43,743 nt of DNA from IMG/VR virus record IMGVR_UViG_3300043633_000029, positions 1 to 43,743 of that record. One strand, 5' to 3'. Shown in pieces: positions 17,411-27,369 of this stretch (the first letter of the stretch is position 1; every line of letters starts with the position of its first letter). The notes under the pieces are model-generated. The model was not told the DNA's origin, searched no databases, and saw only the letters and a program-made list of their open reading frames with translations. The position numbers and the translations under genes are program-made. The DNA comes from a virus (taxonomy: Duplodnaviria; Caudoviricetes).

Positions 17411-17977
17411 ATGCGCAAATCCATCCTAGCCCTCTTGACCGAAGCCGATACGAACGTGGCCGACAACACTACCGGGGACATCTCAGCTGCGGACGTTCGG
17501 AACCTGATCAAGGACATGATCGACACGTTCTCTCCCGGCTACGGCATCGTGTCGTCTGAGTCGGTTATTATGTCGGCTCTAGGAGTAACACCCCGTGCGA
17601 TTCCGTATACAAGCATTCTCGCCGCGACGGTGGGTTATACTGTTGTACTTGCAGCTGGCACGATTAAGCGACTGGCTCAAGGGCTTCCGTCAACGGTAAA
17701 CCGCATATCGTTCTACGCTGACGTTGCCGCCCCTGCCGGCGATGAGATGGTCTTCTCCCTGTTCCGTGACGGGATAGACATTCCCGGCGGTATCACGGTT
17801 AGCGGCCAGGGCATCGGGAACCGAGTTCAAGCAGCTTTCAGTGTGGGCACTACCGCTGAGGACGGACTGGATCACACTTTCGATATTCGGGCCTCCAAGA
17901 TCACGGGGGGCTCTGATGACGTCGAACTGGATAACATCCGGTTCATTGTTGAATATGTGCCTACTATCGGCATTTAA
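17411..17977 (+). CDS. Putative structural protein (188 aa)
   Basis: ATG 17411 after AAGGA; N-terminal ADNTTGDISAADVRN..KDMIDT motif seen in virion appendage proteins. Confidence 0.6.
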   Translation: MRKSILALLTEADTNVADNTTGDISAADVRNLIKDMIDTFSPGYGIVSSESVIMSALGVTPRAIPYTSILAATVGYTVVLAAGTIKRLAQGLPSTVNRISFYADVAAPAGDEMVFSLFRDGIDIPGGITVSGQGIGNRVQAAFSVGTTAEDGLDHTFDIRASKITGGSDDVELDNIRFIVEYVPTIGI

Positions 17978-17990
17978 CCCAGGAACAGTA

Positions 17991-18590
17991 ATGTCCACCG
18001 ATACCCTCGACTTCGCAATGAATTTTGAAGACAACCAGCAGTCCGAAGCGGACAAGAAGTTGCTGGTTATCTTCTACAAGGATGTGGTCAAGAATGAGAG
18101 CAAGTCAGTCGAAGCCGGTCGCCCCATTTTCGATGAGATCGACCTGATCAAGATCATCACCCCCGGGTCCCGGGACAGCTTCGTGGGCGACGCCAACGAG
18201 CACTACCAGCAACGGTTCCCCGTACAGTGGGCCCGGTACAAGGCTGGTCGCTCTCAAGAAATGAGCGGCACCCCGCTGAATCAGCTGCCCTGGCTCGGCG
18301 TCGGCCAGATCGCGGAGTTCAACGCGGTCGGCTGCCACACCGTCGAGCAACTGGTGGGTATGTCCGACGCAATCTCCCAGAAGTTCATGGGCCACCACGC
18401 TATTAAGCAGCGTGCTGCCGCCTATCTGGAGGCTTCCAAGGCCGAGGCTCCTATGCTCAAGATGCAAGAGGAGCTCAAGAAGCGCGATGAGGAGATTGGC
18501 GAGCTTCGTGAGATGGTCAATGCGATGCAGGCCGCTCGGAAGCAAGACCAAGCCGAGAAGGCCGCTCAGAAGACACCTGGCAAGGGGTAA
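17991..18590 (+). CDS. Conserved phage hypothetical protein (199 aa)
   Basis: ATG 17991 after AGGA; GRPIFD...I.PG...RFP.QW..YK...GTPL...TVEQL motif; C-terminal coiled coil. Confidence 0.7.
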   Translation: MSTDTLDFAMNFEDNQQSEADKKLLVIFYKDVVKNESKSVEAGRPIFDEIDLIKIITPGSRDSFVGDANEHYQQRFPVQWARYKAGRSQEMSGTPLNQLPWLGVGQIAEFNAVGCHTVEQLVGMSDAISQKFMGHHAIKQRAAAYLEASKAEAPMLKMQEELKKRDEEIGELREMVNAMQAARKQDQAEKAAQKTPGKG

Positions 18591-18593
18591 CCC

Positions 18594-19316
18594 ATGGCTG
18601 AATACTGGACCGCTGTAGACACTCTAAAGCAATTGGCCGGCGAGCTTGGGTTGCCTAGGCCCGCCACGATTGTGGGTATAGATGACCTACAGTCGGTCCA
18701 GCTACTCTCCTTGCTGAACTCGGCGGGGAACGAGTTGATCATGTTCTATCCTTGGGCTCAGTTCTCCAAGGAATGGATTTGGAATACCGTACCGGGACAG
18801 GAGGACTACCCCCTACCTGACGACTGGGCCTACTTTCACGATCAAACTCAGTGGGACCGCTCGGATCGGTGGCCCCTCCTGGGGCCCAAGTCGCCTCAGG
18901 AGTGGGCTTGGTTGAAGGGGTCTCAGGTCGCCGCCCTACCCCGTCAGCGGTTCAGGGTAATGGACGGCAAGTTTAAGCTCTGGCCGGTACCGGGAACTCC
19001 CAACCTAACGATGGCGATGGAGTACGTCACCAAGAAGTGGGTACAGGCGGGGGCCTCGTTCACGGATATGGTGGTACAGGACGGAGATATCATCCGTTTC
19101 AACCCCTGGTTGATGATCAAGTTCGTGAAGCTCAAATTCTATGAGCTCAAGGGCTTTCCGACTGCGGGGCCACAGGGGGACTTCATCCGAGTATTCAACT
19201 CCCTCACCGGGAAGGATACCGGGGCCAAGATTCTTTCCCTGTCCCCGCGCCCTACCAGCCAATACCTAGGACCGTGGTCAGTGCCTGACGGTTCTTGGAA
19301 CGTATTCAATAGGTGA
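18594..19316 (+). CDS. Head-tail adaptor protein (podovirus-like)
   Basis: DYPLPDDW...WDRS.RWPLLGP.SPQEW...RFR....KLWPVP; precedes the nozzle gene. Confidence 0.7.
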   Translation: MAEYWTAVDTLKQLAGELGLPRPATIVGIDDLQSVQLLSLLNSAGNELIMFYPWAQFSKEWIWNTVPGQEDYPLPDDWAYFHDQTQWDRSDRWPLLGPKSPQEWAWLKGSQVAALPRQRFRVMDGKFKLWPVPGTPNLTMAMEYVTKKWVQAGASFTDMVVQDGDIIRFNPWLMIKFVKLKFYELKGFPTAGPQGDFIRVFNSLTGKDTGAKILSLSPRPTSQYLGPWSVPDGSWNVFNR

Positions 19317-19317
19317 T

Positions 19318-20907
19318 ATGTTCTTCCCCGCCGCACTCCCCGCAGTCAACAAGCCCGCTAGCGTTGCGGCCCCCGTAGGGGGCCTCAATGCTAAGGACTC
19401 GCTTGTGGCTATGCCGGAGGGCGACGCAGTTATAATGCAGAACTGGTGGCCCCAGCCCTACGGTTGTACGGTGCGTAAGGGGTTCAGAGAGTGGGCTACA
19501 GGTATGCCCTCCGATGTCGGAACCATAGCGCCCTGGGCTGCCGCCACCGGGGCTCAGAAGTTGTTCGCTTGGTCGGCAGATAGGGTGTTCGATATCACCT
19601 CTCCCGGCGCGGCGGTACTCACTCCTATTACGGGGCTCACTAACGCGGTCTGGGAGTGGACCAACCTGGTTAACTCGGCGGGGAGCCACCTTATAGCTCT
19701 CAACGGTATAGATGATGGCATACTTTATAACCTTGCTGGTGGCGCTCGTATCACTTTTGGTGACGGTACTGTGGTCAATACCTGGGCTGGTATCAGTCCT
19801 AAGAATGCCGTGTGCCCTACCGTTCATCAACATAGGCTTTGGGTCGTAGAGAAGAACACGGCCAACGGCTGGTTTCTACCTACCAACGCGATCTACGGCA
19901 TATTCAAGAAGTACGATTTTGGTCCGTTGTTCTCGCGTGGGGGCTTTCTCCAGTTCCTCTCCACCTGGACACTAGACGACGGATCGGGTGCGACGGACCA
20001 CCTCATAGCCGTGTCTTCTCGGGGCGAGGCAGTAGTGTACGAGGGTACCGACCCAGCGGATGATCAGAATTGGAAGCTCACGGGCGTGTACTACATAGGG
20101 GCCCCGGTGGCCGGTCGGCGCGCATTTTGTAAGGCGGGCGGGGATCAATTCATCCTTACTCAACAGGGCGTGGTCTCTATGAGCGCGATCTTGACCTCTA
20201 CCAAGGTCAACGAGTCGGATCGTAACATCACCACCGACAAGATTCAGTTCTTGGTATCCGACTTGGTCTCTAGTTACAGCCAGGCGTTCGGCTGGGACCT
20301 CAAGTATTACCCCAAGGACAACCTATTCATCCTGAACGTCCCCTCGGTCACGGTAGGGGGTAACATACAACTAGCCGCTAACCAAATCACCGGAGCTTGG
20401 ACTCAATTCACCGGTATGGATGCGGCTTGCTGGAGTATGTTCGGCTCCACCCCTATGTTCGGGGGTCACGATGGTAAGGTCTACCAAGCCTGGACAGGCA
20501 ACTCCGACAAGGTTACGGTGGACGGTACCGGTGGAGAGCCCATATTGAGTATAGTCCAGCAGTCTTACAGCTACATGGGAGCGCCCGCTACTCAGAAGCA
20601 GGTGGGTATGTACCGGCCTGTATTTATAGTGAACGACCCCGCTGCCTTCAAGAGCAAGATCAAGTATGACTTCGCGGCTGAGGTACTCACGGCCCCGGGC
20701 CCCCTGCCGCCCTCTACCAACTCTGTTTGGAATTCAGGTATTTGGAACGATGCCCTATGGGGCGGAGGGGACACGGTACAAAAGCAATGGGTACAAGCGG
20801 AAGGTATGGGGGTGGCCGCTTCTCTTATGATGGTCATGAAGACAGAGGGCGAGGTCCTGTGGGTGTCGACGGATTACTCCATCCTGCCCGGCCAGGGGCT
20901 GCTATGA
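19318..20907 (+). CDS. Tail nozzle / DNA stabilisation protein (P22 gp10-like)
   Basis: 529 aa, beta-propeller-like composition; APVGGLN.KDSL..M N-terminus; W..GIW..ALWGG near the C-terminus; synteny. Confidence 0.7.
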   Translation: MFFPAALPAVNKPASVAAPVGGLNAKDSLVAMPEGDAVIMQNWWPQPYGCTVRKGFREWATGMPSDVGTIAPWAAATGAQKLFAWSADRVFDITSPGAAVLTPITGLTNAVWEWTNLVNSAGSHLIALNGIDDGILYNLAGGARITFGDGTVVNTWAGISPKNAVCPTVHQHRLWVVEKNTANGWFLPTNAIYGIFKKYDFGPLFSRGGFLQFLSTWTLDDGSGATDHLIAVSSRGEAVVYEGTDPADDQNWKLTGVYYIGAPVAGRRAFCKAGGDQFILTQQGVVSMSAILTSTKVNESDRNITTDKIQFLVSDLVSSYSQAFGWDLKYYPKDNLFILNVPSVTVGGNIQLAANQITGAWTQFTGMDAACWSMFGSTPMFGGHDGKVYQAWTGNSDKVTVDGTGGEPILSIVQQSYSYMGAPATQKQVGMYRPVFIVNDPAAFKSKIKYDFAAEVLTAPGPLPPSTNSVWNSGIWNDALWGGGDTVQKQWVQAEGMGVAASLMMVMKTEGEVLWVSTDYSILPGQGLL

Positions 20908-21344
20908 TAGTGACCGAGAACCAACTAATGTTGTCCCATTGGCTCCAGGAGCGGATCGGACTTGTCCCTACCCCTAACCTGAGGTGTATCGGGAACTTCC
21001 TGAATGGGAAGCTAATGGGGGTGGTAGGGTACGACAATTACAATGGCGCGAGTATAATGATGCATTCAGCGGGGGAGGGCAATTGGCTCACCAAGGAAAT
21101 GCTCCATGCTGTGTTCCATTATCCTTTTGACGTGTGTAAGGTTAATATGGTTCTTGGTCTGGTGCCTTCGGGTAACGGTCAAGCTATACGGTTCAATCAT
21201 CATATTGGCTTTAAGACACTTACAGAGATACCGGGTGCCCACCCTGATGGGTCGCTAGTCATCATGGCTATGCGACGCAGGGAGTGCCGTTACCTAAACA
21301 GGAGACGCCATGGGCAAGAAGTCGAAGCCGCCGCCAGCGCCTGA
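20904..21344 (+). CDS. GNAT-fold protein of the podovirus tail/ejection module (146 aa)
   Basis: ATGA overlap; VF.YPF....V..V.GLV...N..AIRFN.HIGF RimJ/RimL-type GNAT motif. Confidence 0.7.
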   Translation: MIVTENQLMLSHWLQERIGLVPTPNLRCIGNFLNGKLMGVVGYDNYNGASIMMHSAGEGNWLTKEMLHAVFHYPFDVCKVNMVLGLVPSGNGQAIRFNHHIGFKTLTEIPGAHPDGSLVIMAMRRRECRYLNRRRHGQEVEAAASA

Positions 21345-22299
21345 CTACACCGCGCTTGCGGAGAAAACAGCCGCCTCGCAAAAGGAAGCAGCCGCAGCCG
21401 AAACCTTGGCTAATCGCCCTAACCAGGTAGACGCCTTCGGTAACACCTCTACGTGGTCCCAGGACCCCTCCGGGGCTTGGACTCAAACCCAGAACCTTGG
21501 GGCCTCCGGTCAAAAGGTTCTCGATGAGCAAAACGCCCTACGGGAGAACTCAGCGGGTCAGGTTGGGGAGGCTCTGAAGAACCCCCTGACTACGGAGGGT
21601 ATGCGCGAGTATGGGGACTTCGACATGTCGAAGCTCCAGGGAGTCGATGCGGAGGGGCTACGATCCGGGGCGGGCCTGTTCAACATGGACCCGCGAGGAA
21701 ACTCCAAGGAGATACAGGACGCCACCTACGGACTCCTGCGGCCCCAGCGAGAGCAGGCTATGTCGGGCGAGCTTCAACGGCTAGCCAGTCAGGGGCTCAC
21801 CGAGGACTCCCCCGCCTGGCAGCGGGCTATGCTGCGTCAGAACGAGGCCGATACCGATGCGCAACTTAAGTCCCTTCTGGCCGGTCAACAGGAGTACGGG
21901 AACCAGTTCCAACGGGGCCTAGCCGCTAGTGGGCAAAACTTCGGTCAGAAGAGTGACGCCGAGAAGTTTGCCTTGGCCCTCCGAGGTCAGCAGTTCGGGG
22001 AGCAGGCTACCGACATCGGTATGGACGCCGCTACCCGGGAGCAGCAGCTCCAGGAAGCCGTCACTATGCGTCAGCAGCCCCTGAACGAGCTTCAGCAGCT
22101 GATGCAAATGCAATCGTATAGCAATCCCCAGTTCGGCAACTTCGCCAGCGCCACAGGGGCAAAGGGCACGGACTATACGGGCGCGGCCAAGGATATGTAC
22201 GGGGCCCAGGTGGGTCAGACTAACGCGGCCAACGCCGGTAAGGCGGGCGTGACCTCGGGGATCGTCGGCCTAGCGGGTGCGGCGGCGGTAGCATTCTGA
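21310..22299 (+). CDS. DNA ejection/pilot protein (P22 gp7-like position)
   Basis: AGGAG RBS; MGKKSKPPPAPDY N-terminus, NRPNQ, Q/A-rich helices, hydrophobic C-terminal GIVGLAGAAAVAF. Confidence 0.7.
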   Translation: MGKKSKPPPAPDYTALAEKTAASQKEAAAAETLANRPNQVDAFGNTSTWSQDPSGAWTQTQNLGASGQKVLDEQNALRENSAGQVGEALKNPLTTEGMREYGDFDMSKLQGVDAEGLRSGAGLFNMDPRGNSKEIQDATYGLLRPQREQAMSGELQRLASQGLTEDSPAWQRAMLRQNEADTDAQLKSLLAGQQEYGNQFQRGLAASGQNFGQKSDAEKFALALRGQQFGEQATDIGMDAATREQQLQEAVTMRQQPLNELQQLMQMQSYSNPQFGNFASATGAKGTDYTGAAKDMYGAQVGQTNAANAGKAGVTSGIVGLAGAAAVAF

Positions 22300-22970
22300 T
22301 GGAAGTCCTACAATTCTCCGGTGGCGCGGACTCCCTGGCCTGTCTTGAGCTTCTCAAGAACACGCCGGGGCTAGTCGTGCTTACCGCTAGTACCGATGGG
22401 GCCTACCCCGAGCGGGAGGACTACCTCAAGAAGGTCGCCGCGTACCATCCGCACCTGATCTTCAAGGAATGCTACCGGGATCGCCACCTAGAAATGTACG
22501 GTCGGCCTGTAGATGTGGTCCCCGTGAAGTTCACGACCATCGGGCATATCTTCGGCTTGAACCCCATCAAGTACCAGCCCTATTTCGAGTGTTGCAATCG
22601 GTCCCTGTGGTACCCCATGGAGGTCGCTACCCGCCAGCTAGGGGCTACCACCGTCTACCGGGGCCAGCGGGGGGAGGACGCTCTCAAGGGCCCGATCAAT
22701 GACGGCCACGTAGAGGACGGGATCACTTATAGGTTCCCCATTCAGGACTGGTCCCGGGAGCGAGTGATGGAGTTCGTCAACTCGCGGTGTAAGGAGCTAG
22801 TGCCCCCCTACTACGGGAAGGAACAGACATCCCGAGACTGCTGGGATTGTACCGCCTACCTACACGAGAACATCGCTCGCATTCGTAACTTGCCCCCGGA
22901 GAAGTACAAGGAAGTGGCGGAGGCCCTAGACGAGTGGCGGCGGGACATTAACGACGAAACAAGGTGGTAA
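22299..22970 (+). CDS. PP-loop (APS/PAPS reductase-fold) protein with predicted [4Fe-4S] ligands
   Basis: LQFSGGADS PP-loop; C98-C99 and C181-x-x-C184; RGQR; PIQDWS; no C-terminal ECG(L/I)H. Confidence 0.8.
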   Translation: MEVLQFSGGADSLACLELLKNTPGLVVLTASTDGAYPEREDYLKKVAAYHPHLIFKECYRDRHLEMYGRPVDVVPVKFTTIGHIFGLNPIKYQPYFECCNRSLWYPMEVATRQLGATTVYRGQRGEDALKGPINDGHVEDGITYRFPIQDWSRERVMEFVNSRCKELVPPYYGKEQTSRDCWDCTAYLHENIARIRNLPPEKYKEVAEALDEWRRDINDETRW

Positions 22971-22971
22971 T

Positions 22972-24267
22972 ATGGCCGACCCTACAGCCCTGGTAGACCC
23001 CACTGACCCCTACGGTCAGAACAAGGCTAAGCGTCAACGTCAGATAGCCGACGCCTTGCGTAAGCAGGGGGAGGCTGACGTGGGCGGAGGGGAAATGGTT
23101 AGTGGACACTACGTGGCCCCCGCTTGGACGCAACAGTTGGCTAAGCTGGCCGGCACGGTAGGCGGGGCCTATATGGGTAGTCAGGCAGATGCCGCTGAGG
23201 AGGCCTCCAAGGGTAAGATTGCCGAGGCTACGAGTCAGTGGGCGGGAGGGGCCCCTCAAGCCACAGCCGCTGTCCCGGGTACCGCCGACCAGATACAGGG
23301 TCTAGGGGGCCGCGAGCAGTTGATCCCTGGGACCCCCGGCCAAGCCGCTCAGCCGGTTACGGGCGGGCAGATACTCAAGCACTCCCTGGCCGGCATGCAA
23401 ATTCCGGGGAATGAGAAGGCCGCCCAGATGTACCAAACCGGGGCGATGGCCGACATGTCCCGCGAGGATACCCAGACATTCCGTAACGAGCAGGCCCAGC
23501 TTGCGGCTAAGGCCAAGCTGGAGAGCGAGCAAGCCCAACGTCAGCACGACCTTAAGCAACTCACTATGCGGCTGGAGGATCGGGGCCTGGACCGGGGCCT
23601 ACAAGAGAGTCTTAAGCAACAACAGATGGCCCTCCAGGCCCAGATCGCTCAGGGGAACCAAGCCCTACAGGCCCAGGGGCTCGACCTGCGCCGCCAAGGC
23701 CTCGACATTCAACGTCAGGGCCTAGAGCTCAAGCAGGAGACGGCTAAGACCAAGGCCGACGCTAAGGCCAAGGAATTGGGCTTGTCCGAGGCGGGGGTCA
23801 GCGATGCTATCGCGGCCTTGGATAAGGCCAAGGACAAGGGTACCGGCTACGGTGCCGGTATCGTTCAAGAATATGTACCGGGCGGTACGTCCCTTGTCAA
23901 CCAGTACCGAGACAAGACCACCAACGACGCCATCCAGAAGCTGACCTACTGGACGGATGAGATTCGTCACGGTCGGTTCGGCTCAGCCCTTACGAACGGT
24001 GAGAAGGCTAGCGCGGCTCAATACTTGCCTGGCCCCTACGACACCCTTCAGCAGACCAAGGACAAGGCGAAAGGGCTACACGCCATTATCCAACTCAACG
24101 GTCAACGCCTGAAGGGCTCGTCGCCTATGCCCAAAGAGCTAGGTGGCGAAGGGGGGACCCCCACCACGGCCTCGTCGGGACCGGTCACCCAAGCCCCGGC
24201 TGCGGCAACCAAGACGATAGGTGGTAAGACCTACGTTCAACAAAACGGTCAATGGTTCGAGCAATGA
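22972..24267 (+). CDS. Internal virion/ejection protein
   Basis: Q/A-rich coiled coil; G.MVSGHYVAP.W motif; synteny with the ejection cluster. Confidence 0.65.
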   Translation: MADPTALVDPTDPYGQNKAKRQRQIADALRKQGEADVGGGEMVSGHYVAPAWTQQLAKLAGTVGGAYMGSQADAAEEASKGKIAEATSQWAGGAPQATAAVPGTADQIQGLGGREQLIPGTPGQAAQPVTGGQILKHSLAGMQIPGNEKAAQMYQTGAMADMSREDTQTFRNEQAQLAAKAKLESEQAQRQHDLKQLTMRLEDRGLDRGLQESLKQQQMALQAQIAQGNQALQAQGLDLRRQGLDIQRQGLELKQETAKTKADAKAKELGLSEAGVSDAIAALDKAKDKGTGYGAGIVQEYVPGGTSLVNQYRDKTTNDAIQKLTYWTDEIRHGRFGSALTNGEKASAAQYLPGPYDTLQQTKDKAKGLHAIIQLNGQRLKGSSPMPKELGGEGGTPTTASSGPVTQAPAAATKTIGGKTYVQQNGQWFEQ

Positions 24268-26045
24268 AACCCGTAACCGACCCCAACCTGTTATCCCAGC
24301 TTAACGGCGGCGGGGGGCCCAAGCCTGTAGCGGACCCGGCGCTACTGGCCCAACTAAACGGGCCTGCGGCCCCTGAGGCCCCCTCTAGTGGACTCGACGC
24401 CAAGGCGTCAGCCTATCGTTTGGGCGGGGGCGGTCAGGAGGGCCCCGGCTACATTGAGCAGTTCGCGGGCGGGGCGAAGCATGCTCTAGACAAAGCCGCT
24501 ATGGGCGTTAAGGGGCTGCTACCCGAGTCCGTACAGCGTGCGGGCGACTGGGTGGACGAGAAGCTCCAGGGGAAGAAGGTGATGACCCCGGAGCTACTGG
24601 AGCAAGGTAAGCAATTCGTGAGTCAAACAGGCCCCGCGTCTAGCTTGGGCGAATTCGCTGGCGAGGCGGCTATCACCGCGCCGTTAGGCGGGGTAGTGGG
24701 AGCAGGCGCTAAATTCTTGCCTGGGGCGGTATCCGCTCTAGGGAAAGTTGGCGGGGGAGTAGTCGGCGCGATAGGTCGCGGGGCCGCTGAAGGCGCTGCC
24801 AGCAACGTACTTATGGGTGATCAGAGCGAATCCGTAGGACAACGAGCTAAGTCGGGTGCTGCCTGGGGCGGTGCGACCAGCGGGGGGCTGAATTTGGCTA
24901 CGAAGGCGGCCAAAGAGCCACTTAAGTGGTTACAAGGCTCGGAGGCTCGGGGTCGGGGCATGTTGGAGAAGTCGGTAGGGGGCGAGCAGGCCCTCTCCGA
25001 CATAGCTGAGCAGGTCCGTAAGGCCCCCGCCGGTGCTCTCCCCCAGACGACTGCGGCCCGCGCCGGTAGCGCCGAATTGGGCAGACTAGAGCGTGGCGCC
25101 CGTAGCCGGGGCACGTCTGACTTCGTAGCCCACGACAAGGCGGTGGATAAAGCCGCTTGGGATCAACTCCACAAGATCACCGAGGTCCCCGGGGGCGTGG
25201 AGAACCTGAAGGGACAACCTAACGCGATTTATGCCGAGGGCCAGCGTATACTCGATAAGCTACCCCTAAGCCAGAACAACCGTGCCTCTATTTCAACGGA
25301 AGTCGCCAAATTGAGGAATCACAATGAGGTCATCGCTAATCCCGAATTGGGACGGGAGATTGATCGCATACTTGGGGCGGTAGACAACCCTAACGCTACC
25401 CTGGGTGTTCTCCCACAGCTCTACACCTCTTTGGACGCGAGTGCTGCTGGCTCTTCTGCGATTCGTGAGGCCAAGAAGATAATCAAGGATGTGGCGGACG
25501 ACCGTAGCAAGGGTCAGTTCTCCAATGTATTGGAGGGCTACGGGGCGACCAAGGATGCTGTGAGAGCAGCGGAGAAGGCCCAAGGTCTACGGGGCGTGTA
25601 CGCGGGCGAGGCGGGGTTAGGTGAGATTCCCGCTATGAAGGCCAAGCCGCTACAGAAGGGGTTGGAGAAGGCCTTGCCTGACCTAGACCCCGAAACGGCG
25701 GCGAAAGCCAACCAACTAGCCGGTGGGTTGAGGAACCGCGAGATTTACAAGGCGGCCAACTCCCCTGGCTCTACTGACTTGAAGACCGCTACTGAGTATG
25801 GTCCGGTCTCAACGGTGCTTAACTACACACTACCGTGGAGAGCCCTCAGGACCGCGAGGGAGTTTGTAAGCACCCTTGACGGGCCCGCTAAGCGTCAGGC
25901 TGACGAAGCCTTACTTGATCCCCAGAAGTTCTTGTCCATGATAGACAAGAAGCAAGCTCGCCAAGCTGCTTTGGAGCCCTGGGAACGGAAGCTGAGTGAG
26001 ACAATTCGCGGGGCCTCCCGGGCCGCAGCCATCAGCGAGGATTAA
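24264..26045 (+). CDS. Large internal virion/ejection protein
   Basis: ATGA overlap at 24264; tandem KPV.DP.LL.QLNG repeats; Gly/Ala-rich putative membrane-inserting segment. Confidence 0.65.
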   Translation: MKPVTDPNLLSQLNGGGGPKPVADPALLAQLNGPAAPEAPSSGLDAKASAYRLGGGGQEGPGYIEQFAGGAKHALDKAAMGVKGLLPESVQRAGDWVDEKLQGKKVMTPELLEQGKQFVSQTGPASSLGEFAGEAAITAPLGGVVGAGAKFLPGAVSALGKVGGGVVGAIGRGAAEGAASNVLMGDQSESVGQRAKSGAAWGGATSGGLNLATKAAKEPLKWLQGSEARGRGMLEKSVGGEQALSDIAEQVRKAPAGALPQTTAARAGSAELGRLERGARSRGTSDFVAHDKAVDKAAWDQLHKITEVPGGVENLKGQPNAIYAEGQRILDKLPLSQNNRASISTEVAKLRNHNEVIANPELGREIDRILGAVDNPNATLGVLPQLYTSLDASAAGSSAIREAKKIIKDVADDRSKGQFSNVLEGYGATKDAVRAAEKAQGLRGVYAGEAGLGEIPAMKAKPLQKGLEKALPDLDPETAAKANQLAGGLRNREIYKAANSPGSTDLKTATEYGPVSTVLNYTLPWRALRTAREFVSTLDGPAKRQADEALLDPQKFLSMIDKKQARQAALEPWERKLSETIRGASRAAAISED

Positions 26046-26047
26046 TC

Positions 26048-27148
26048 ATGCCACGTGACGCTTCCGGTAATTACACGCTCCCCCTAGGCAATCCCGTACA
26101 GGGGGGCACGGTCATTGACGTGAACTGGGCCAATCCGACGATGGCGGACGTAGCGACCCAGCTTAACAACGTCTTCACCCGCGATGGTCTCCTGGGGCCC
26201 CTGGCCCCCTTCCGGCTCGTAGACGGCACCGCTGCGGCCCCCGGCGTCACGTTCAACTCAGAGTTGAACATGGGTATGTTCCGGGAGGGTCCCGGCACTC
26301 TAGGGGTCGCGATAGGGGGCAACGTAGTCGGTAGGTTCCAAGCCTCGGGCTTCTCCACCCCTGAGGGTGCGGCAATAGGTAAGAATATCACCGTAGGAGG
26401 CAATTCAAACATAACCGGCAATGAGACGGTCGGGGGTAACGCAGCGATACTGGGCAATTTGGCGGTATCAAACGCCATAACCAACGCGACCGGTGTTCCC
26501 TTTGCCTTTGTACCTACAGGCACTATCCTCGACTTCGCGGGCCCCAACGTCCCGGGGGGCTACCTGTTATGTAACGGCCAGGCGGTGTCCCGCGTAACCT
26601 ACGTCAACCTGTTTAATACCATCGGCGGCTACTGGGGCGCGGGCGATGGGGTCAACACCTTTAATGTGCCGGACCTCAGCCGGTACGTCACCATCGGCTC
26701 GGGCGGCGCGGCTGGGTCAGCCGGGGGCCCCGCCAATAACCTGGGGGCCAAGGGCGGGGCAGAGACCAATATCCTCCAGGTAGCGCATATGCCCTCGCAC
26801 GCCCACGGCGTGTACGACCCGCAGCACTACCACGGCGTACCTGATCCGGGCCATACCCACGGCATCGGGGACCCCGGCCACGTACACGCGACGTATCGCC
26901 AGGGCTTCTGGGGCTCCAGGAACACCGGCAACGTAGGTTGGTGCTCGGATGACGCCCTCTCCGTGGTCGGCACAGTGGGTATTGAGACTGACCTCCGAGG
27001 CACGGGCATCTGGATCGGCGCGGCGCTCACCGGTCAGAACAATACCGCCTGGGGCGTAAGTAACATCCAGATATACGCTGCGGGTAGCAATGCTCCCTTC
27101 ACCAACTATCCGCCTGCTGCGGTGGTAACCAAGATCATCAAGACATGA
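26048..27148 (+). CDS. Tail fibre with tail-collar domain and His-x-His metal-binding tip
   Basis: MPRDASGNYTLP..NPV N-terminal anchor; PTGTILDFAG...GYLLCNGQAVSR.TY..LF..IG..WGAGDG..TFNVPDL collar; repeated DP(G/Q)HxH. Confidence 0.85.
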   Translation: MPRDASGNYTLPLGNPVQGGTVIDVNWANPTMADVATQLNNVFTRDGLLGPLAPFRLVDGTAAAPGVTFNSELNMGMFREGPGTLGVAIGGNVVGRFQASGFSTPEGAAIGKNITVGGNSNITGNETVGGNAAILGNLAVSNAITNATGVPFAFVPTGTILDFAGPNVPGGYLLCNGQAVSRVTYVNLFNTIGGYWGAGDGVNTFNVPDLSRYVTIGSGGAAGSAGGPANNLGAKGGAETNILQVAHMPSHAHGVYDPQHYHGVPDPGHTHGIGDPGHVHATYRQGFWGSRNTGNVGWCSDDALSVVGTVGIETDLRGTGIWIGAALTGQNNTAWGVSNIQIYAAGSNAPFTNYPPAAVVTKIIKT

Positions 27149-27369
27149 ACCTAGAGTTTGACGACAATGAGATGGACTACTTATTCAAGGTGCTATCCCA
27201 GCGTCCGTGGGGCGAAGTGTATCCCTTAATGGCTAAGATTTCCCAACAGGTACAGGAGCAACAAAATGCCCGGAATCAATCCAATGGCCCTCCAGGAGCT
27301 AACCCAGAGGGCGTCCCAGGGGGACCCGGGGGCAGCGGAGACACTACAGCAGCTGGGGTACAGCCCTGA
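27145..27369 (+). CDS. Small protein after tail fibre (possible fibre chaperone)
   Basis: ATGA overlap; L...LSQRPWGEVYPLM.KI..Q motif. Confidence 0.6.
   Translation: MNLEFDDNEMDYLFKVLSQRPWGEVYPLMAKISQQVQEQQNARNQSNGPPGANPEGVPGGPGGSGDTTAAGVQP

Noticed and set aside
22299-22970. cysH auxiliary metabolic gene or Dnd phosphorothioation system
   Set aside because: The catalytic ECG(L/I)H tail is missing and no dndA/D/E or ssp partners are present. Kept only as an uncharacterised PP-loop enzyme.
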